Positions 27,201-43,999 of a stretch of DNA of 64,000 nt are shown here, one piece after another. Within the stretch, counting starts at the first letter, position 1, and each line of letters opens with the position of its first letter. A program made the position numbers and the translations under genes. Under the pieces are notes generated by a model. The model saw only the letters and a list, made by a program, of their open reading frames with translations, did no database searches and was not told the DNA's origin. The stretch comes from Auanema rhodensis (Eukaryota; Animalia; Nematoda): assembly GCA_964057225.1 (NCBI GenBank), contig OZ059896.1:23126001-23190000 (forward strand), read 5' to 3'.

Positions 27201-30200
27201 GTAACTCGCTTCACGTGAAAGATAAAGAGATGCGGTTTTCAAAATCAGATTACCCATGTCCATATTAGTCTAAAAACAAATTTTTATTGATATTGGTTCA
27301 TGGTAACCATGACTTTGAAATTTACGTGAACTTTAATTTATGCTAATTAATTGTACACGTGATGTGCACTTGGTATGTAACTCGCTTCACGTGAAAGATA
27401 AAGAGATGCGGTTTTCAAAATTAGATTCCCCATGTCCATATTAGTCTACAAACAAATTTTTATTGATATTGGTTCATGGTAACCATGACTTTGAAATTTA
27501 CGTGAACTTTGATTTATGCTAATTAAATGTACACGTGATGTGCACTTGGTATGTAACTCGCTTCACGTGAAAGATAAAGAGATGCGGTTTTCAAAATAAG
27601 ATTCCCCATGTCCATATTAGTCTAAAAACAAATTTTTATTGATATTGGTGCATGGTAACCATGACTTTGAAATTTACGTGAACTTTAATTTATGCTAATT
27701 AAATGTACACGTGATGTGCACTTGGTATGTAACTCGCTTCACGTGAAAGATAAAGAGATGCGGTTTTCAAAATTAGATTCCCCATGTCCATATTAGTCTA
27801 AAAACAAATTTTCATTGATATTGGTTCATGGTAACCATGACTTTGAAATTTACGTGAACTTTAATTTATGCTAATTAAATGTATACGTGATGTGCACTTG
27901 GTATGTAATTCGCTTCACGTGAAAGATAAAGAGATGCGGTTTTCAAAATTAGATTCCCCATGTCCATATTAGTCTAAAAACAAATTTTTATTGATATTGG
28001 TGCATGGTAACCATGACTTTGAAATTTACGTGAACTTTAATTTATGCTAATTAAATGTACACGTGATGTGCACTTGGTATGTAACTCGCTTCACGTGAAA
28101 GATAAAGAGATGCGGTTTTCAAAATTAGATTCCCCATGTCCATATTAGTCTAAAAACAAATTTTTATTGATATTGGTGCATGGTAACCATGACTTTGAAA
28201 TTTACGTGAACTTTAATTTATGCTTATTAAATGTACACGTGATGTGCACTTGGTATGTAACTCGCTTCACGTGAAAGATAAAGAGATGCGGTTTTCAAAA
28301 TTAGATTCCCCATGTCCATATTAGTCTAAAAACAAATTTTTATTGATATTGGTGCATGGTAACCATGACTTTGAAATTTACGTGAACTTTAATTTATGCT
28401 AATTAAATGTACACGTGATGTGCACTTGGTATGTAACTCGCTTCACGTGAGAGATAAAGAGATGCGGTTTTCAAAATCAGATTCCCCATGTCCATATTAG
28501 TCTAAAAACAAATTTTTATTGATATTGGTTCATGGTAACCATGACTTTGAAATTTACGTGAACTTTAATTTATGCTAATTAATTGTACACGTGATGTGCA
28601 CTTGGTATGTAACTCGCTTCACGTGAAAGATAAAGAGATGCGGTTTTCAAAATTAGATTCCCCATGTCCATATTAGTCTACAAACAAATTTTTATTGATA
28701 TTGGTTCATGGTAACCATGACTTTGAAATTTACGTGAACTTTGATTTATGCTAATTAAATGTACACGTGATGTGCACTTGGTATGTAACTCGCTTCACGT
28801 GAAAGATAAAGAGATGCGGTTTTCAAAATAAGATTCCCCATGTCCATATTAGTCTAAAAACAAATTTTTATTGATATTGGTGCATGGTAACCATGACTTT
28901 GAAATTTACGTGAACTTTAATTTATGCTAATTAAATGTACACGTGATGTGCACTTGGTATGTAACTCGCTTCACGTGAAAGATAAAGAGATGCGGTTTTC
29001 AAAATTAGATTCCCCATGTCCATATTAGTCTAAAAACAAATTTTTATTGATATTGGTTCATGGTAACCATGACTTTGAAATTTACGTGAACTTTAATTTA
29101 TGCTAATTAAATGTATACGTGATGTGCACTTGGTATGTAACTCGCTTCACGTGAAAGATAAAGAGATGCGGTTTTCAAAATTAGATTCCCCATGTCCATA
29201 TTAGTCTAAAAACAAATTTTTATTGATATTGGTGCATGGTAACCATGACTTTGAAATTTACGTGAACTTTAATTTATGCTAATTAAATGTACACGTGATG
29301 TGCACTTGGTATGTAACTCGCTTCACGTGAAAGATAAAGAGTTGCGGTTTTCAAAATTAGATTCCCCATGTCCATATTAGTCTAAAAACAAATTTTTATT
29401 GATATTGGTTCATGGTAACCATGACTTTGAAATTTACGTGAACTTTAATTTATGCTAATTAATTGTACACGTGATGTGCACTTGGTATGTAACTCTCTTC
29501 ACGTGAAAGATAAAGAGATGCGGTTTTCAAAATAAGATTCCCCATGTCCATATTAGTCTACAAACAAATTTTTATTGATATTGGTTCATGGTAACCATGA
29601 CTTTGAAATTTACGTGAACTTTGATTTATGCTAATTAAATGTACACGTGATGTGCACTTGGTATGTAACTCGCTTCACGTGAAAGATAAAGAGATGCGGT
29701 TTTCAAAATTAGATTCCCCATGTCCATATTAGTCTAAAAACAAATTTTTATTGATATTGGTGCATGGTAACCATGACTTTGAAATTTACGTGAACTTTAA
29801 TTTATGCTAATTAAATGTACACGTGATGTGCACTTGGTATGTAACTCGCTTCACGTGAAAGATAAAGAGATGCGGTTTTCAAAATTAGATTCCCCATGTC
29901 CATATTAGTCTAAAAACAAATTTTTATTGATATTGGTTCATGGTAACCATGACTTTGAAATTTACGTGAACTTTAATTTATGCTAATTAAATGTATACGT
30001 GATGTGCACTTGGTATGTAACTCGCTTCACGTGAAAGATAAAGAGATGCGGTTTTCAAAATTAGATTCCCCATGTCCATATTAGTCTAAAAACAAATTTT
30101 TATTGATATTGGTGCATGGTAACCATGACTTTGAAATTTACGTGAACTTTAATTTATGCTAATTAAATGTACACGTGATGTGCACTTGGTATGTAACTCG

Positions 30201-33200
30201 CTTCACGTGAAAGATAAAGAGATGCGGTTTTAAAAATTAGATTCCCCATGTCCATATTAGTCTAAAAACAAATTTTTATTGATATTGGTGCATGGTAACC
30301 ATGACTTTGAAATTTACGTGAACTTTAATTTATGCTAATTAAATGTACACGTGATGTGCACTTGGTATGTAACTCGCTTCACGTGAAAGATAAAGAGATG
30401 CGGTTTTCAAAATTAGATTCCCTATGTCCATTTTAGTCTAAAAACAAATTTTTATTGATATTGGTGCATGGTAACCATGACTTTGAAATTTACGTGAACT
30501 TTAATTTATGCTTATTAAATGTACACGTGATGTGCACTTGGTATGTAACTCGCTTCACGTGAAAGATAAAGAGATGCGGTTTTCAAAATTAGATTCCCCA
30601 TGTCCATATTAGTCTAAAAACAAATTTTAATTGATATTGGTGCATGGTAACCATGACTTTGAAATTTACGTGAACTTTAATTTATGCTAATTAAATGTAC
30701 ACGTGATGTGCACTTGGTATGTAACTCGCTTCACGTGAAAGATAAAGAGATGCGGTTTTCAAAATTAGATTCATCATGTCCATATTAGTCTAAAAACAAA
30801 TTTTTATTGATATTGGTGCATGGTAACCATGACTTTGAAATTTACGTGAACTTTAATTTATGCTTATTAAATGTACACGTGATGTGCACTTGGTATGTAA
30901 CTCGCTTCACGTGAAAGATAAAGAGATGCGGTTTTCAAAATTAGATTCCCCATGTCCATATTAGTCTAAAAACAAATTTTTATTGATATTGGTTCATGGT
31001 AACCATGACTTTGAAATTTACGTGAACTTTAATTTATGCTAATTAAATGTATACGTGATGTGCACTTGGTATGTAACTCGCTTCACGTGAAAGATAAAGA
31101 GATGCGGTTTTCAAAATTAGATTCCCCATGTCCATATTAGTCTAAAAACAAATTTTTATTGATATTGGTGCATGGTAACCATGACTTTGAAATTTACGTG
31201 AACTTTAATTTATGCTAATTAAATGTACACGTGATGTGCACTTGGTATGTAACTCGCTTCACGTGAAAGATAAAGAGATGCGGTTTTCAAAATTAGATTC
31301 CCCATTTCCATATTAGTCTAAAAACAAATTTTTATTGATATTGGTGCATGGTAACCATGACTTTGAAATTTACGTGAACTTTAATTTATGCTTATTAAAT
31401 GTACACGTGATGTGCACTTGGTATGTAACTCGCTTCACGTGAAAGATAAAGAGATGCGGTTTTCAAAATTAGATTCCCCATGTCCATATTAGTCTAAAAA
31501 CAAATTTTTATTGATATTGGTGCATGGTAACCATGACTTTGAAATTTACGTGAACTTTAATTTATGCTAATTAAATGTACACGTGATGCGCACTTGGTAT
31601 GTAACTCGCTTCACGTGAGAGATAAAGAGATGCGGTTTTCAAAATCAGATTACCCATGTCCATATTAGTCTAAAAACAAATTTTTATTGATATTGGTTCA
31701 TGGTAACCATGACTTTGAAATTTACGTGAACTTTAATTTATGCTAATTAATTGTACACGTGATGTGCACTTGGTATGTAACTCGCTTCACGTGAAAGATA
31801 AAGAGATGCGGTTTTCAAAATTAGATTCCCCATGTCCATATTAGTCTACAAACAAATTTTTATTGATATTGGTTCATGGTAACCATGACTTTGAAATTTA
31901 CGTGAACTTTGATTTATGCTAATTAAATGTACACGTGATGTGCACTTGGTATGTAACTCGCTTCACGTGAAAGATAAAGAGATGCGGTTTTCAAAATAAG
32001 ATTCCCAATGTCCATATTAGTCTAAAAACAAATTTTTATTGATATTGGTGCATGGTAACCATGACTTTGAAATTTACGTGAACTTTAATTTATGCTAATT
32101 AAATGTACACGTGATGTGCACTTGGTATGTAACTCGCTTCACGTGAAAGATAAAGAGATGCGGTTTTCAAAATTAGATTCCCCATGTCCATATTAGTCTA
32201 AAAACAAATTTTCATTGATATTGCTTCATGGTAACCATGACTTTGAAATTTACGTGAACTTTAATTTATGCTAATTAAATGTATACGTGATGTGCACTTG
32301 GTATGTAATTCGCTTCACGTGAAAGATAAAGAGATGCGGTTTTCAAAATTAGATTCCCCATGTCCATATTAGTCTAAAAACAAATTTTTATTGATATTGG
32401 TGCATGGTAACCATGACTTTGAAATTTACGTGAACTTTAATTTATGCTAATTAAATGTACACGTGATGTGCACTTGGTATGTAACTCGCTTCACGTGAGA
32501 GATAAAGAGATGCGGTTTTCAAAATCAGATTACCCATGTCCATATTAGTCTAAAAACAAATTTTTATTGATATTGGTTCATGGTAACCATGACTTTGAAA
32601 TTTACGTGAACTTTAATTTATGCTAATTAATTGTACACGTGATGTGCACTTGGTATGTAACTCGCTTCACGTGAAAGATAAAGAGATGCGGTTTTCAAAA
32701 TTAGATTCCCCATGTCCATATTAGTCTACAAACAAATTTTTATTGATATTGGTTCATGGTAACCATGACTTTGAAATTTACGTGAACTTTGATTTATGCT
32801 AATTAAATGTACACGTGATGTGCACTTGGTATGTAACTCGCTTCACGTGAAAGATAAAGAGATGCGGTTTTCAAAATAAGATTCCCCATGTCCATATTAG
32901 TCTAAAAACAAATTTTTATTGATATTGGTGCATGGTAACCATGACTTTGAAATTTACGTGAACTTTAATTTATGCTAATTAAATGTACACGTGATGTGCA
33001 CTTGGTATGTAACTCGCTTCACGTGAAAGATAAAGAGATGCGGTTTTCAAAATTAGATTCCCCATGTCCATATTAGTCTAAAAACAAATTTTTATTGATA
33101 TTGGTTCATGGTAACCATGACTTTGAAATTTACGTGAACTTTAATTTATGCTAATTAAATGTACACGTGATGTGCACTTGGTATGTAACTCGCTTCACGT

Positions 33201-36200
33201 GAGAGATAAAGAGATGCGGTTTTCAAAATCAGATTACCCATGTCCATATTAGTCTAAAAACAAATTTTCATTGATATTGGTTCATGGTAACCATGACTTT
33301 GAAATTTACGTGAACTTTAATTTATGCTAATTAAATGTATACGTGATGTGCACTTGGTATGTAACTCGCTTCACGTGAGAGATAAAGAGATGCGGTTTTC
33401 AAAATCAGATTACCCATGTCCATATTAGTCTAAAAACAAATTTTTATTGATATTGGTTCATGGTAACCATGACTTTGAAATTTACGTGAACTTTAATTTA
33501 TGCTAATTAATTGTACACGTGATGTGCACTTGGTATGTAACTCGCTTCACGTGAAAGATAAAGAGATGCGGTTTTCAAAATTAGATTCCCCATGTCCATA
33601 TTAGTCTAAAAACAAATTTTTATTGATATTGGTGCATGGTAACCATGACTTTGAAATTTACGTGAACTTTAATTTATGCTAATTAAATGTATACGTGATG
33701 TGCACTTGGTATGTAACTCGCTTCACGTGAGAGATAAAGAGATGCGGTTTTCAAAATCAGATTACCCATGTCCATATTAGTCTAAAAACAAATTTTTATT
33801 GATATTGGTTCATGGTAACCATGACTTTGAAATTTACGTGAACTTTAATTTATGCTAATTAATTGTACACGTGATGTGCACTTGGTATGTAACTCGCTTC
33901 ACGTGAAAGATAAAGAGATGCGGTTTTCAAAATTAGATTCCCCATGTCCATATTAGTCTAAAAACAAATTTTTATTGATATTGGTTCATGGTAACCATGA
34001 CTTTGAAATTTACGTGAACTTTGATTTATGCTAATTAAATGTATACGTGATGTGCACTTGGTATGTAATTCGCTTCACGTGAAAGATAAAGAGATGCGGT
34101 TTTCAAAATTAGATTCCCCATGTCCATATTAGTCTAAAAACAAATTTTTATTGATATTGGTGCATGGTAACCATGACTTTGAAATTTACGTGAACTTTAA
34201 TTTATGCTAATTAAATGTACACGTGATGTGCACTTGGTATGTAACTCGCTTCACGTGAGAGATGAAGAGATGCGGTTTCCAAAATCAGATTACCCATGTC
34301 CATATTAGTCTAAAAACAAATTTTTATTGATATTGGTTCATGGTAACCATGACTTTGAAATTTACGTGAACTTTAATTTATGCTAATTAATTGTACACGT
34401 GATGTGCACTTGGTATGTAACTCGCTTCACGTGAAAGATAAAGAGATGCGGTTTTCAAAATTAGATTCCCCATGTCCATATTAGTCTACAAACAAATTTT
34501 TATTGATATTGGTTCATGGTAACCATGACTTTGAAATTTACGTGAACTTTGATTTATGCTAATTAAATGTACACGTGATGTGCACTTGGTATGTAACTCG
34601 CTTCACGTGAAAGATAAAGAGATGCGGTTTTCAAAATAAGATTCCCCATGTCCATATTAGTCTAAAAACAAATTTTTATTGATATTGGTGCATGGTAACC
34701 ATGACTTTGTAATTTACGTGAACTTTAATTTATGCTAATTAAATGTACACGTGATGTGCACTTGGTATGTAACTCGCTTCACGTGAAAGATAAAGAGATG
34801 CGGTTTTCAAAATTAGATTCCCCATGTCCATATTAGTCTAAAAACAAATTTTCATTGATATTGGTTCATGGTAACCATGACTTTGAAATTTACGTGAACT
34901 TTAATTTATGCTAATTAAATGTATACGTGATGTGCACTTGGTATGTAATTCGCTTCACGTGAAAGATAAAGAGATGCGGTTTTCAAAATTAGATTCCCCA
35001 TGTCCATATTAGTCTAAAAACAAATTTTTATTGATATTGGTGCATGGTAACCATGACTTTGAAATTTACGTGAACTTTAATTTATGCTAATTAAATGTAC
35101 ACGTGATGTGCACTTGGTATGTAACTCGCTTCACGTGAAAGATAAAGAGATGCGGTTTTCAAAATTAGATTCCCCATGTCCATATTAGTCTAAAAACAAA
35201 TTTTTATTGATATTGGTGCATGGTAACCATGACTTTGAAATTTACGTGAACTTTAATTTATGCTTATTAAATGTACACGTGATGTGCACTTGGTATGTAA
35301 CTCGCTTCACGTGAAAGATAAAGAGATGCGGTTTTCAAAATTAGATTCCCCATGTCCATATTAGTCTAAAAACAAATTTTTATTGATATTGGTGCATGGT
35401 AACCATGACTTTGAAATTTACGTGAACTTTAATTTATGCTAATTAAATGTACACGTGATGTGCACTTGGTATGTAACTCGCTTCACGTGAGAGATAAAGA
35501 GATGCGGTTTTCAAAATCAGATTCCCCATGTCCATATTAGTCTAAAAACAAATTTTTATTGATATTGGTTCATGGTAACCATGACTTTGAAACTTACGTG
35601 AACTTTAATTTATGCTAATTAATTGTACACGTGATGTGCACTTGGTATGTAACTCGCTTCACGTGAAAGATAAAGAGATGCGGTTTTCAAAATTAGATTC
35701 CCCATGTCCATATTAGTCTACAAACAAATTTTTATTGATATTGGTTCATGGTAACCATGACTTTGAAATTTACGTGAACTTTGATTTATGCTAATTAAAT
35801 GTACACGTGATGTGCACTTGGTATGTAACTCGCTTCACGTGAAAGATAAAGAGATGCGGTTTTCAAAATAAGATTCCCCATGTCCATATTAGTCTAAAAA
35901 CAAATTTTTATTGATATTGGTGCATGGTAACCATGACTTTGAAATTTACGTGAACTTTAATTTATGCTAATTAAATGTACACGTGATGTGCACTTGGTAT
36001 GTAACTCGCTTCACGTGAAAGATAAAGAGATGCGGTTTTCAAAATTAGATTCCCCATGTCCATATTAGTCTAAAAACAAATTTTTATTGATATTGGTTCA
36101 TGGTAACCATGACTTTGAAATTTACGTGAACTTTAATTTATGCTAATTAAATGTATACGTGATGTGCACTTGGTATGTAACTCGCTTCACGTGAAAGATA

Positions 36201-39200
36201 AAGAGATGCGGTTTTCAAAATTAGATTCCCCATGTCCATATTAGTCTAAAAACAAATTTTTATTGATATTGGTGCATGGTAACCATGACTTTGAAATTTA
36301 CGTGAACTTTAATTTATGCTAATTAAATGTACACGTGATGTGCACTTGGTATGTAACTCGCTTCACGTGAAAGATAAAGAGATGCGGTTTTCAAAATTAG
36401 ATTCCCCATGTCCATATTAGTCTAAAAACAAATTTTTATTGATATTGGTTCATGGTAACCATGACTTTGAAATTTACGTGAACTTTAATTTATGCTAATT
36501 AATTGTACACGTGATGTGCACTTGGTATGTAACTCTCTTCACGTGAAAGATAAAGAGATGCGGTTTTCAAAATAAGATTCCCCATGTCCATATTAGTCTA
36601 CAAACAAATTTTTATTGATATTGGTTCATGGTAACCATGACTTTGAAATTTACGTGAACTTTGATTTATGCTAATTAAATGTACACGTGATGTGCACTTG
36701 GTATGTAACTCGCTTCACGTGAAAGATAAAGAGATGCGGTTTTCAAAATTAGATTCCCCATGTCCATATTAGTCTAAAAACAAATTTTTATTGATATTGG
36801 TGCATGGTAACCATGACTTTGAAATTTACGTGAACTTTAATTTATGCTAATTAAATGTACACGTGATGTGCACTTGGTATGTAACTCGCTTCACGTGAAA
36901 GATAAAGAGATGCGGTTTTCAAAATTAGATTCCCCATGTCCATATTAGTCTAAAAACAAATTTTTATTGATATTGGTGCATGGTAACCATGACTTTGAAA
37001 TTTACGTGAACTTTAATTTATGCTAATTAAATGTACACGTGATGTGCACTTGGTATGTAACTCGCTTCACGTGAAAGATAAAGAGATGCGGTTTTCAAAA
37101 TTAGATTCCCCATGTCCATTTTAGTCTAAAAACAAATTTTTATTGATATTGGTGCATGGTAACCATGACTTTGAAATTTACGTGAACTTTAATTTATGCT
37201 TATTAAATGTACACGTGATGTGCACTTGGTATGTAACTCGCTTCACGTGAAAGATAAAGAGATGCGGTTTTCAAAATTAGATTCCCCATGTCCATGTTAG
37301 TCTAAAAACAAATTTTAATTGATATTGGTGCATGGTAACCATGACTTTGAAATTTACGTGAACTTTAATTTATGCTAATTAAATGTACACGTGATGTGCA
37401 CTTGGTATGTAACTCGCTTCACGTGAAAGATAAAGAGATGCGGTTTTCAAAATTAGATTCCCCATGTCCATATTAGTCTAAAAACAAATTTTTATTGATA
37501 TTGGTGCATGGTAACCATGACTTTGAAATTTACGTGAACTTTAATTTATGCTAATTAAATGTACACGTGATGTGCACTTGGTATGTAACTCGCTTCACGT
37601 GAAAGATAAAGAGATGCGGTTTTCAAAATTAGATTCCCCATGTCCATATTAGTCTAAAAACAAATTTTTATTGATATTGGTGCATGGTAACCATGACTTT
37701 GAAATTTACGTGAACTTTAATTTATGCTAATTAAATGTACACGTGATGTGCACTTGGTATGTAACTCGTTTCACGTGAAAGATAAAGAGATGCGGTTTTT
37801 AAAATTAGATTCCCCATGTACATATTAGTCTAAAAACAAATTTTTATTGATATTGGTTCATGGTAACCATGACTTTGAAATTTACGTGAACTTTAATTTA
37901 TGCTAATTAAATGTACACGTGATGTGCACTTGGTATGTAACTCGCTTCACGTGAAAGATAAAGAGATGCGGTTTTCAAAATTAGATTACCCGTGTCCATG
38001 TTAGTCTAAAAACAAATTTTTATTGATATTGGTGCATGGTAACCATGACTTTGAAATTTACGTGAACTTTAATTTATGCTAATTAAATGTACACGTAATG
38101 TGCACTTGGTATGTAACTCGCTTCACGTGAAAGATAAAGAGATGCGGTTTTCAAAATTAGATTCCCCATGTCCATATTAGTCTACAAACAAATTTTTATT
38201 GATATTGGTTCATGGTAACCATGACTTTGAAATTTACGTGAACTTTGATTTATGCTAATTAAATGTACACGTGATGTGCACTTGGTATGTAACTCGCTTC
38301 ACGTGAAAGATAAAGAGATCCGGTTTTCAAAATAAGATTCCCCATGTCCATATTAGTCTAAAAACAAATTTTTATTGATATTGGTTCATGGTAACCATGA
38401 CTTTGAAATTTACGTGAACTTTAATTTATGCTAATTAAATGTACACGTGATGTGCACTTGGTATGTAACTCGCTTCACGTGAAAGATAAAGAGATGCGGT
38501 TTTCAAAATTAGATTCCCCATGTCCATGTTAGTCTAAAAACAAATTTTAATTGATATTGGTGCATGGTAACCATGACTTTGAAATTTACGTGAACTTTAA
38601 TTTATGCTAATTAAATGTACACGTGATGTGCACTTGGTATGTAACTCGCTTCACGTGAAAGATAAAGAGATGCGGTTTTCAAAATTAGATTCCCCATGTC
38701 CATATTAGTCTAAAAACAAATTTTTATTGATATTGGTGCATGGTAACCATGACTTTGAAATTTACGTGAACTTTAATTTATGCTAATTAAATGTACACGT
38801 GATGTGCACTTGGTATGTAACTCGCTTCACGTGAAAGATAAAGAGATGCGGTTTTCAAAATTAGATTCCCCATGTCCATATTAGTCTAAAAACAAATTTT
38901 TATTGATATTGGTGCATGGTAACCATGACTTTGAAATTTACGTGAACTTTAATTTATGCTAATTAAATGTACACGTGATGTGCACTTGGTATGTAACTCG
39001 TTTCACGTGAAAGATAAAGAGATGCGGTTTTTAAAATTAGATTCCCCATGTACATATTAGTCTAAAAACAAATTTTTATTGATATTGGTTCATGGTAACC
39101 ATGACTTTGAAATTTACGTGAACTTTGATTTATGCTAATTAAATGTACACGTGATGTGCACTTGGTATGTAACTCGCTTCACGTGAAAGATAAAGAGATG

Positions 39201-41535
39201 CGGTTTTCAAAATAAGATTCCCCATGTCCATATTAGTCTAAAAAGAAATTTTTATTGATATTGGTGCATGGTAACCATGACTTTGAAATTTACGTGAACT
39301 TTAATTTATGCTAATTAAATGTACACGTGATGTGCACTTGGTATGTAACTCGCTTCACGTGAAAGATAAAGAGATGCGGTTTTCAAAATTAGATTCCCCA
39401 TGTCCATATTAGTCTAAAAACAAATTTTCATTGATATTGGTTCATGATAACCATGACTTTGAAATTTACGTGAACTTTAATTTATGCTAATTAAATGTAT
39501 ACGTGATGTGCACTTGGTATGTAATTCGCTTCACGTGAAAGATAAAGAGATGCGGTTTTCAAAATTAGATTCCCCATGTCCATATTAGTCTAAAAACAAA
39601 TTTTTATTGATATTGGTGCATGGTAACCATGACTTTGAAATTTACGTGAACTTTAATTTATGCTAATTAAATGTACACGTGATGTGCACTTGGTATGTAA
39701 CTCGCTTCACGTGAGAGATAAAGAGATGCGGTTTTCAAAATCAGATTACCCATGTCCATATTAGTCTAAAAACAAATTTTTATTGATATTGGTTCATGGT
39801 AACCATGACTTTGAAATTTACGTGAACTTTAATTTATGCTAATTAATTGTACACGTGATGTGCACTTGGTATGTAACTCGCTTCACGTGAAAGATAAAGA
39901 GATGCGGTTTTCAAAATTAGATTCCCCATGTCCATATTAGTCTACAAACAAATTTTTATTGATATTGGTTCATGGTAACCATGACTTTGAAATTTACGTG
40001 AACTTTGATTTATGCTAATTAAATGTACACGTGATGTGCACTTGGTATGTAACTCGCTTCACGTGAAAGATAAAGAGATGCGGTTTTCAAAATAAGATTC
40101 CCCATGTCCATATTAGTCTAAAAACAAATTTTTATTGATATTGGTGCATGGTAACCATGACTTTGAAATTTACGTGAACTTTAATTTATGCTAATTAAAT
40201 GTACACGTGATGTGCACTTGGTATGTAACTCGCTTCACGTGAAAGATAAAGAGATGCGGTTTTCAAAATTAGATTCCCCATGTCCATATTAGTCTAAAAA
40301 CAAATTTTCATTGATATTGGTTCATGGTAACCATGACTTTGAAATTTACGTGAACTTTAATTTATGCTAATTAAATGTATACGTGATGTGCACTTGGTAT
40401 GTAATTCGCTTCACGTGAAAGATAAAGAGATGCGGTTTTCAAAATTAGATTCCCCATGTCCATATTAGTCTAAAAACAAATTTTTATTGATATTGGTGCA
40501 TGGTAACCATGACTTTGAAATTTACGTGAACTTTAATTTATGCTAATTAAATGTACACGTGATGTGCACTTGGTATGTAACTCGCTTCACGTGAAAGATA
40601 AAGAGATGCGGTTTTCAAAATTAGATTCCCCATGTCCATATTAGTCTAAAAACAAATTTTTATTGATATTGGTGCATGGTAACCATGACTTTGAAATTTA
40701 CGTGAACTTTAATTTATGCTTATTAAATGTACACGTGATGTGCACTTGGTATGTAACTCGCTTCACGTGAAAGATAAAGAGATGCGGTTTTCAAAATTAG
40801 ATTCCCCATGTCCATATTAGTCTAAAAACAAATTTTTATTGATATTGGTGCATGGTAACCATGACTTTGAAATTTACGTGAACTTTAATTTATGCTAATT
40901 AAATGTACACGTGATGTGCACTTGGTATGTAACTCGCTTCACGTGAGAGATAAAGAGATGCGGTTTTCAAAATCAGATTCCCCATGTCCATATTAGTCTA
41001 AAAACAAATTTTTATTGATATTGGTTCATGGTAACCATGACTTTGAAATTTACGTGAACTTTAATTTATGCTAATTAATTGTACACGTGATGTGCACTTG
41101 GTATGTAACTCGCTTCACGTGAAAGATAAAGAGATGCGGTTTTCAAAATTAGATTCCCCATGTCCATATTAGTCTACAAACAAATTTTTATTGATATTGG
41201 TTCATGGTAACCATGACTTTGAAATTTACGTGAACTTTGATTTATGCTAATTAAATGTACACGTGATGTGCACTTGGTATGTAACTCGCTTCACGTGAAA
41301 GATAAAGAGATGCGGTTTTCAAAATAAGATTACCCATGTCCATATTAGTCTGAAAACAAATTTTTATTGATATTGGTTCATGGTAACCATGACTTTGAAA
41401 TTTACGTGAACTTTAATTTATGCTAATTAAATGTACACGTGATGTGCACTTGGTATGTAACTCGCTTCACGTGAAAGATAAAGAGATGCGGTTTTCAAAA
41501 TTAGATTACCCGTGTCCATGTTAGTCTAAAAACAA

Positions 41536-43999
41536 ATTTTTATTGATATTGGTGCATGGTAACCATGACTTTGAAATTTACGTGAACTTTAATTTATGCT
41601 AATTAAATGTACACGTAATGTGCACTTGGTATGTAACTCGCTTCACGTGAAAGATAAAGAGATGCGGTTTTCAAAATTAGATTCCCCATGTCCATATTAG
41701 TCTACAAACAAATTTTTATTGATATTGGTTCATGGTAACCATGACTTTGAAATTTACGTGAACTTTGATTTATGCTAATTAAATGTACACGTGATGTGCA
41801 CTTGGTATGTAACTCGCTTCACGTGAAAGATAAAGAGATGCGGTTTTCAAAATAAGATTCCCCATGTCCATATTAGTCTAAAAAGAAATTTTTATTGATA
41901 TTGGTGCATGGTAACCATGACTTTGAAATTTACGTGAACTTTAATTTATGCTAATTAAATGTACACGTGATGTGCACTTGGTATGTAACTCGCTTCACGT
42001 GAAAGATAAAGAGATGCGGTTTTCAAAATTAGATTCCCCATGTCCATATTAGTCTAAAAACAAATTTTCATTGATATTGGTTCATGGTAACCATGACTTT
42101 GAAATTTACGTGAACTTTAATTTATGCTAATTAAATGTATACGTGATGTGCACTTGGTATGTAATTCGCTTCACGTGAAAGATAAAGAGATGCGGTTTTC
42201 AAAATTAGATTCCCCATGTCCATATTAGTCTAAAAACAAATTTTTATTGATATTGGTGCATGGTAACCATGACTTTGAAATTTACGTGAACTTTAATTTA
42301 TGCTAATTAAATGTACACGTGATGTGCACTTGGTATGTAACTCGCTTCACGTGAGAGATAAAGAGATGCGGTTTTCAAAATCAGATTACCCATGTCCATA
42401 TTAGTCTAAAAACAAATTTTTATTGATATTGGTTCATGGTAACCATGACTTTGAAATTTACGTGAACTTTAATTTATGCTAATTAATTGTACACGTGATG
42501 TGCACTTGGTATGTAACTCGCTTCACGTGAAAGATAAAGAGATGCGGTTTTCAAAATTAGATTCCCCATGTCCATATTAGTCTACAAACAAATTTTTATT
42601 GATATTGGTTCATGGTAACCATGACTTTGAAATTTACGTGAACTTTGATTTATGCTAATTAAATGTACACGTGATGTGCACTTGGTATGTAACTCGCTTC
42701 ACGTGAAAGATAAAGAGATGCGGTTTTCAAAATAAGATTCCCCATGTCCATATTAGTCTAAAAACAAATTTTTATTGATATTGGTGCATGGTAACCATGA
42801 CTTTGAAATTTACGTGAACTTTAATTTATGCTAATTAAATGTACACGTAATGTGCACTTGGTATGTAACTCGCTTCACGTGAAAGATAAAGAGATGCGGT
42901 TTTCAAAATTAGATTCCCCATGTCCATATTAGTCTACAAACAAATTTTTATTGATATTGGTTCATGGTAACCATGACTTTGAAATTTACGTGAACTTTGA
43001 TTTATGCTAATTAAATGTACACGTGATGTGCACTTGGTATGTAACTCGCTTCACGTGAAAGATAAAGAGATGCGGTTTTCAAAATAAGATTCCCCATGTC
43101 CATATTAGTCTAAAAAGAAATTTTTATTGATATTGGTGCATGGTAACCATGACTTTGAAATTTACGTGAACTTTAATTTATGCTAATTAAATGTACACGT
43201 GATGTGCACTTGGTATGTAACTCGCTTCACGTGAAAGATAAAGAGATGCGGTTTTCAAAATTAGATTCCCCATGTCCATATTAGTCTAAAAACAAATTTT
43301 CATTGATATTGGTTCATGGTAACCATGACTTTGAAATTTACGTGAACTTTAATTTATGCTAATTAAATGTATACGTGATGTGCACTTGGTATGTAATTCG
43401 CTTCACGTGAAAGATAAAGAGATGCGGTTTTCAAAATTAGATTCCCCATGTCCATATTAGTCTAAAAACAAATTTTTATTGATATTGGTGCATGGTAACC
43501 ATGACTTTGAAATTTACGTGAATTTTAATTTATGCTAATTAAATGTACACGTGATGTGCACTTGGTATGTAACTCGCTTCACGTGAGAGATAAAGAGATG
43601 CGGTTTTCAAAATCAGATTACCCATGTCCATATTAGTCTAAAAACAAATTTTTATTGATATTGGTTCATGGTAACCATGACTTTGAAATTTACGTGAACT
43701 TTAATTTATGCTAATTAATTGTACACGTGATGTGCACTTGGTATGTAACTCGCTTCACGTGAAAGATAAAGAGATGCGGTTTTCAAAATTAGATTCCCCA
43801 TGTCCATATTAGTCTACAAACAAATTTTTATTGATATTGGTTCATGGTAACCATGACTTTGAAATTTACGTGAACTTTGATTTATGCTAATTAAATGTAC
43901 ACGTGATGTGCACTTGGTATGTAACTCGCTTCACGTGAAAGATAAAGAGATGCGGTTTTCAAAATAAGATTCCCCATGTCCATATTAGTCTAAAAACAA
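41536..43999. repeat. Tandem 7-monomer (1232 bp) duplication
   Basis: The series G82A+A170C / A56G+T143A+C174G / plain / T6C+C77T+C102T / A116G+T143C+C149A / A72T+A170C / A56G+T143A starts at 41536 and again at 42768. Confidence 0.85.
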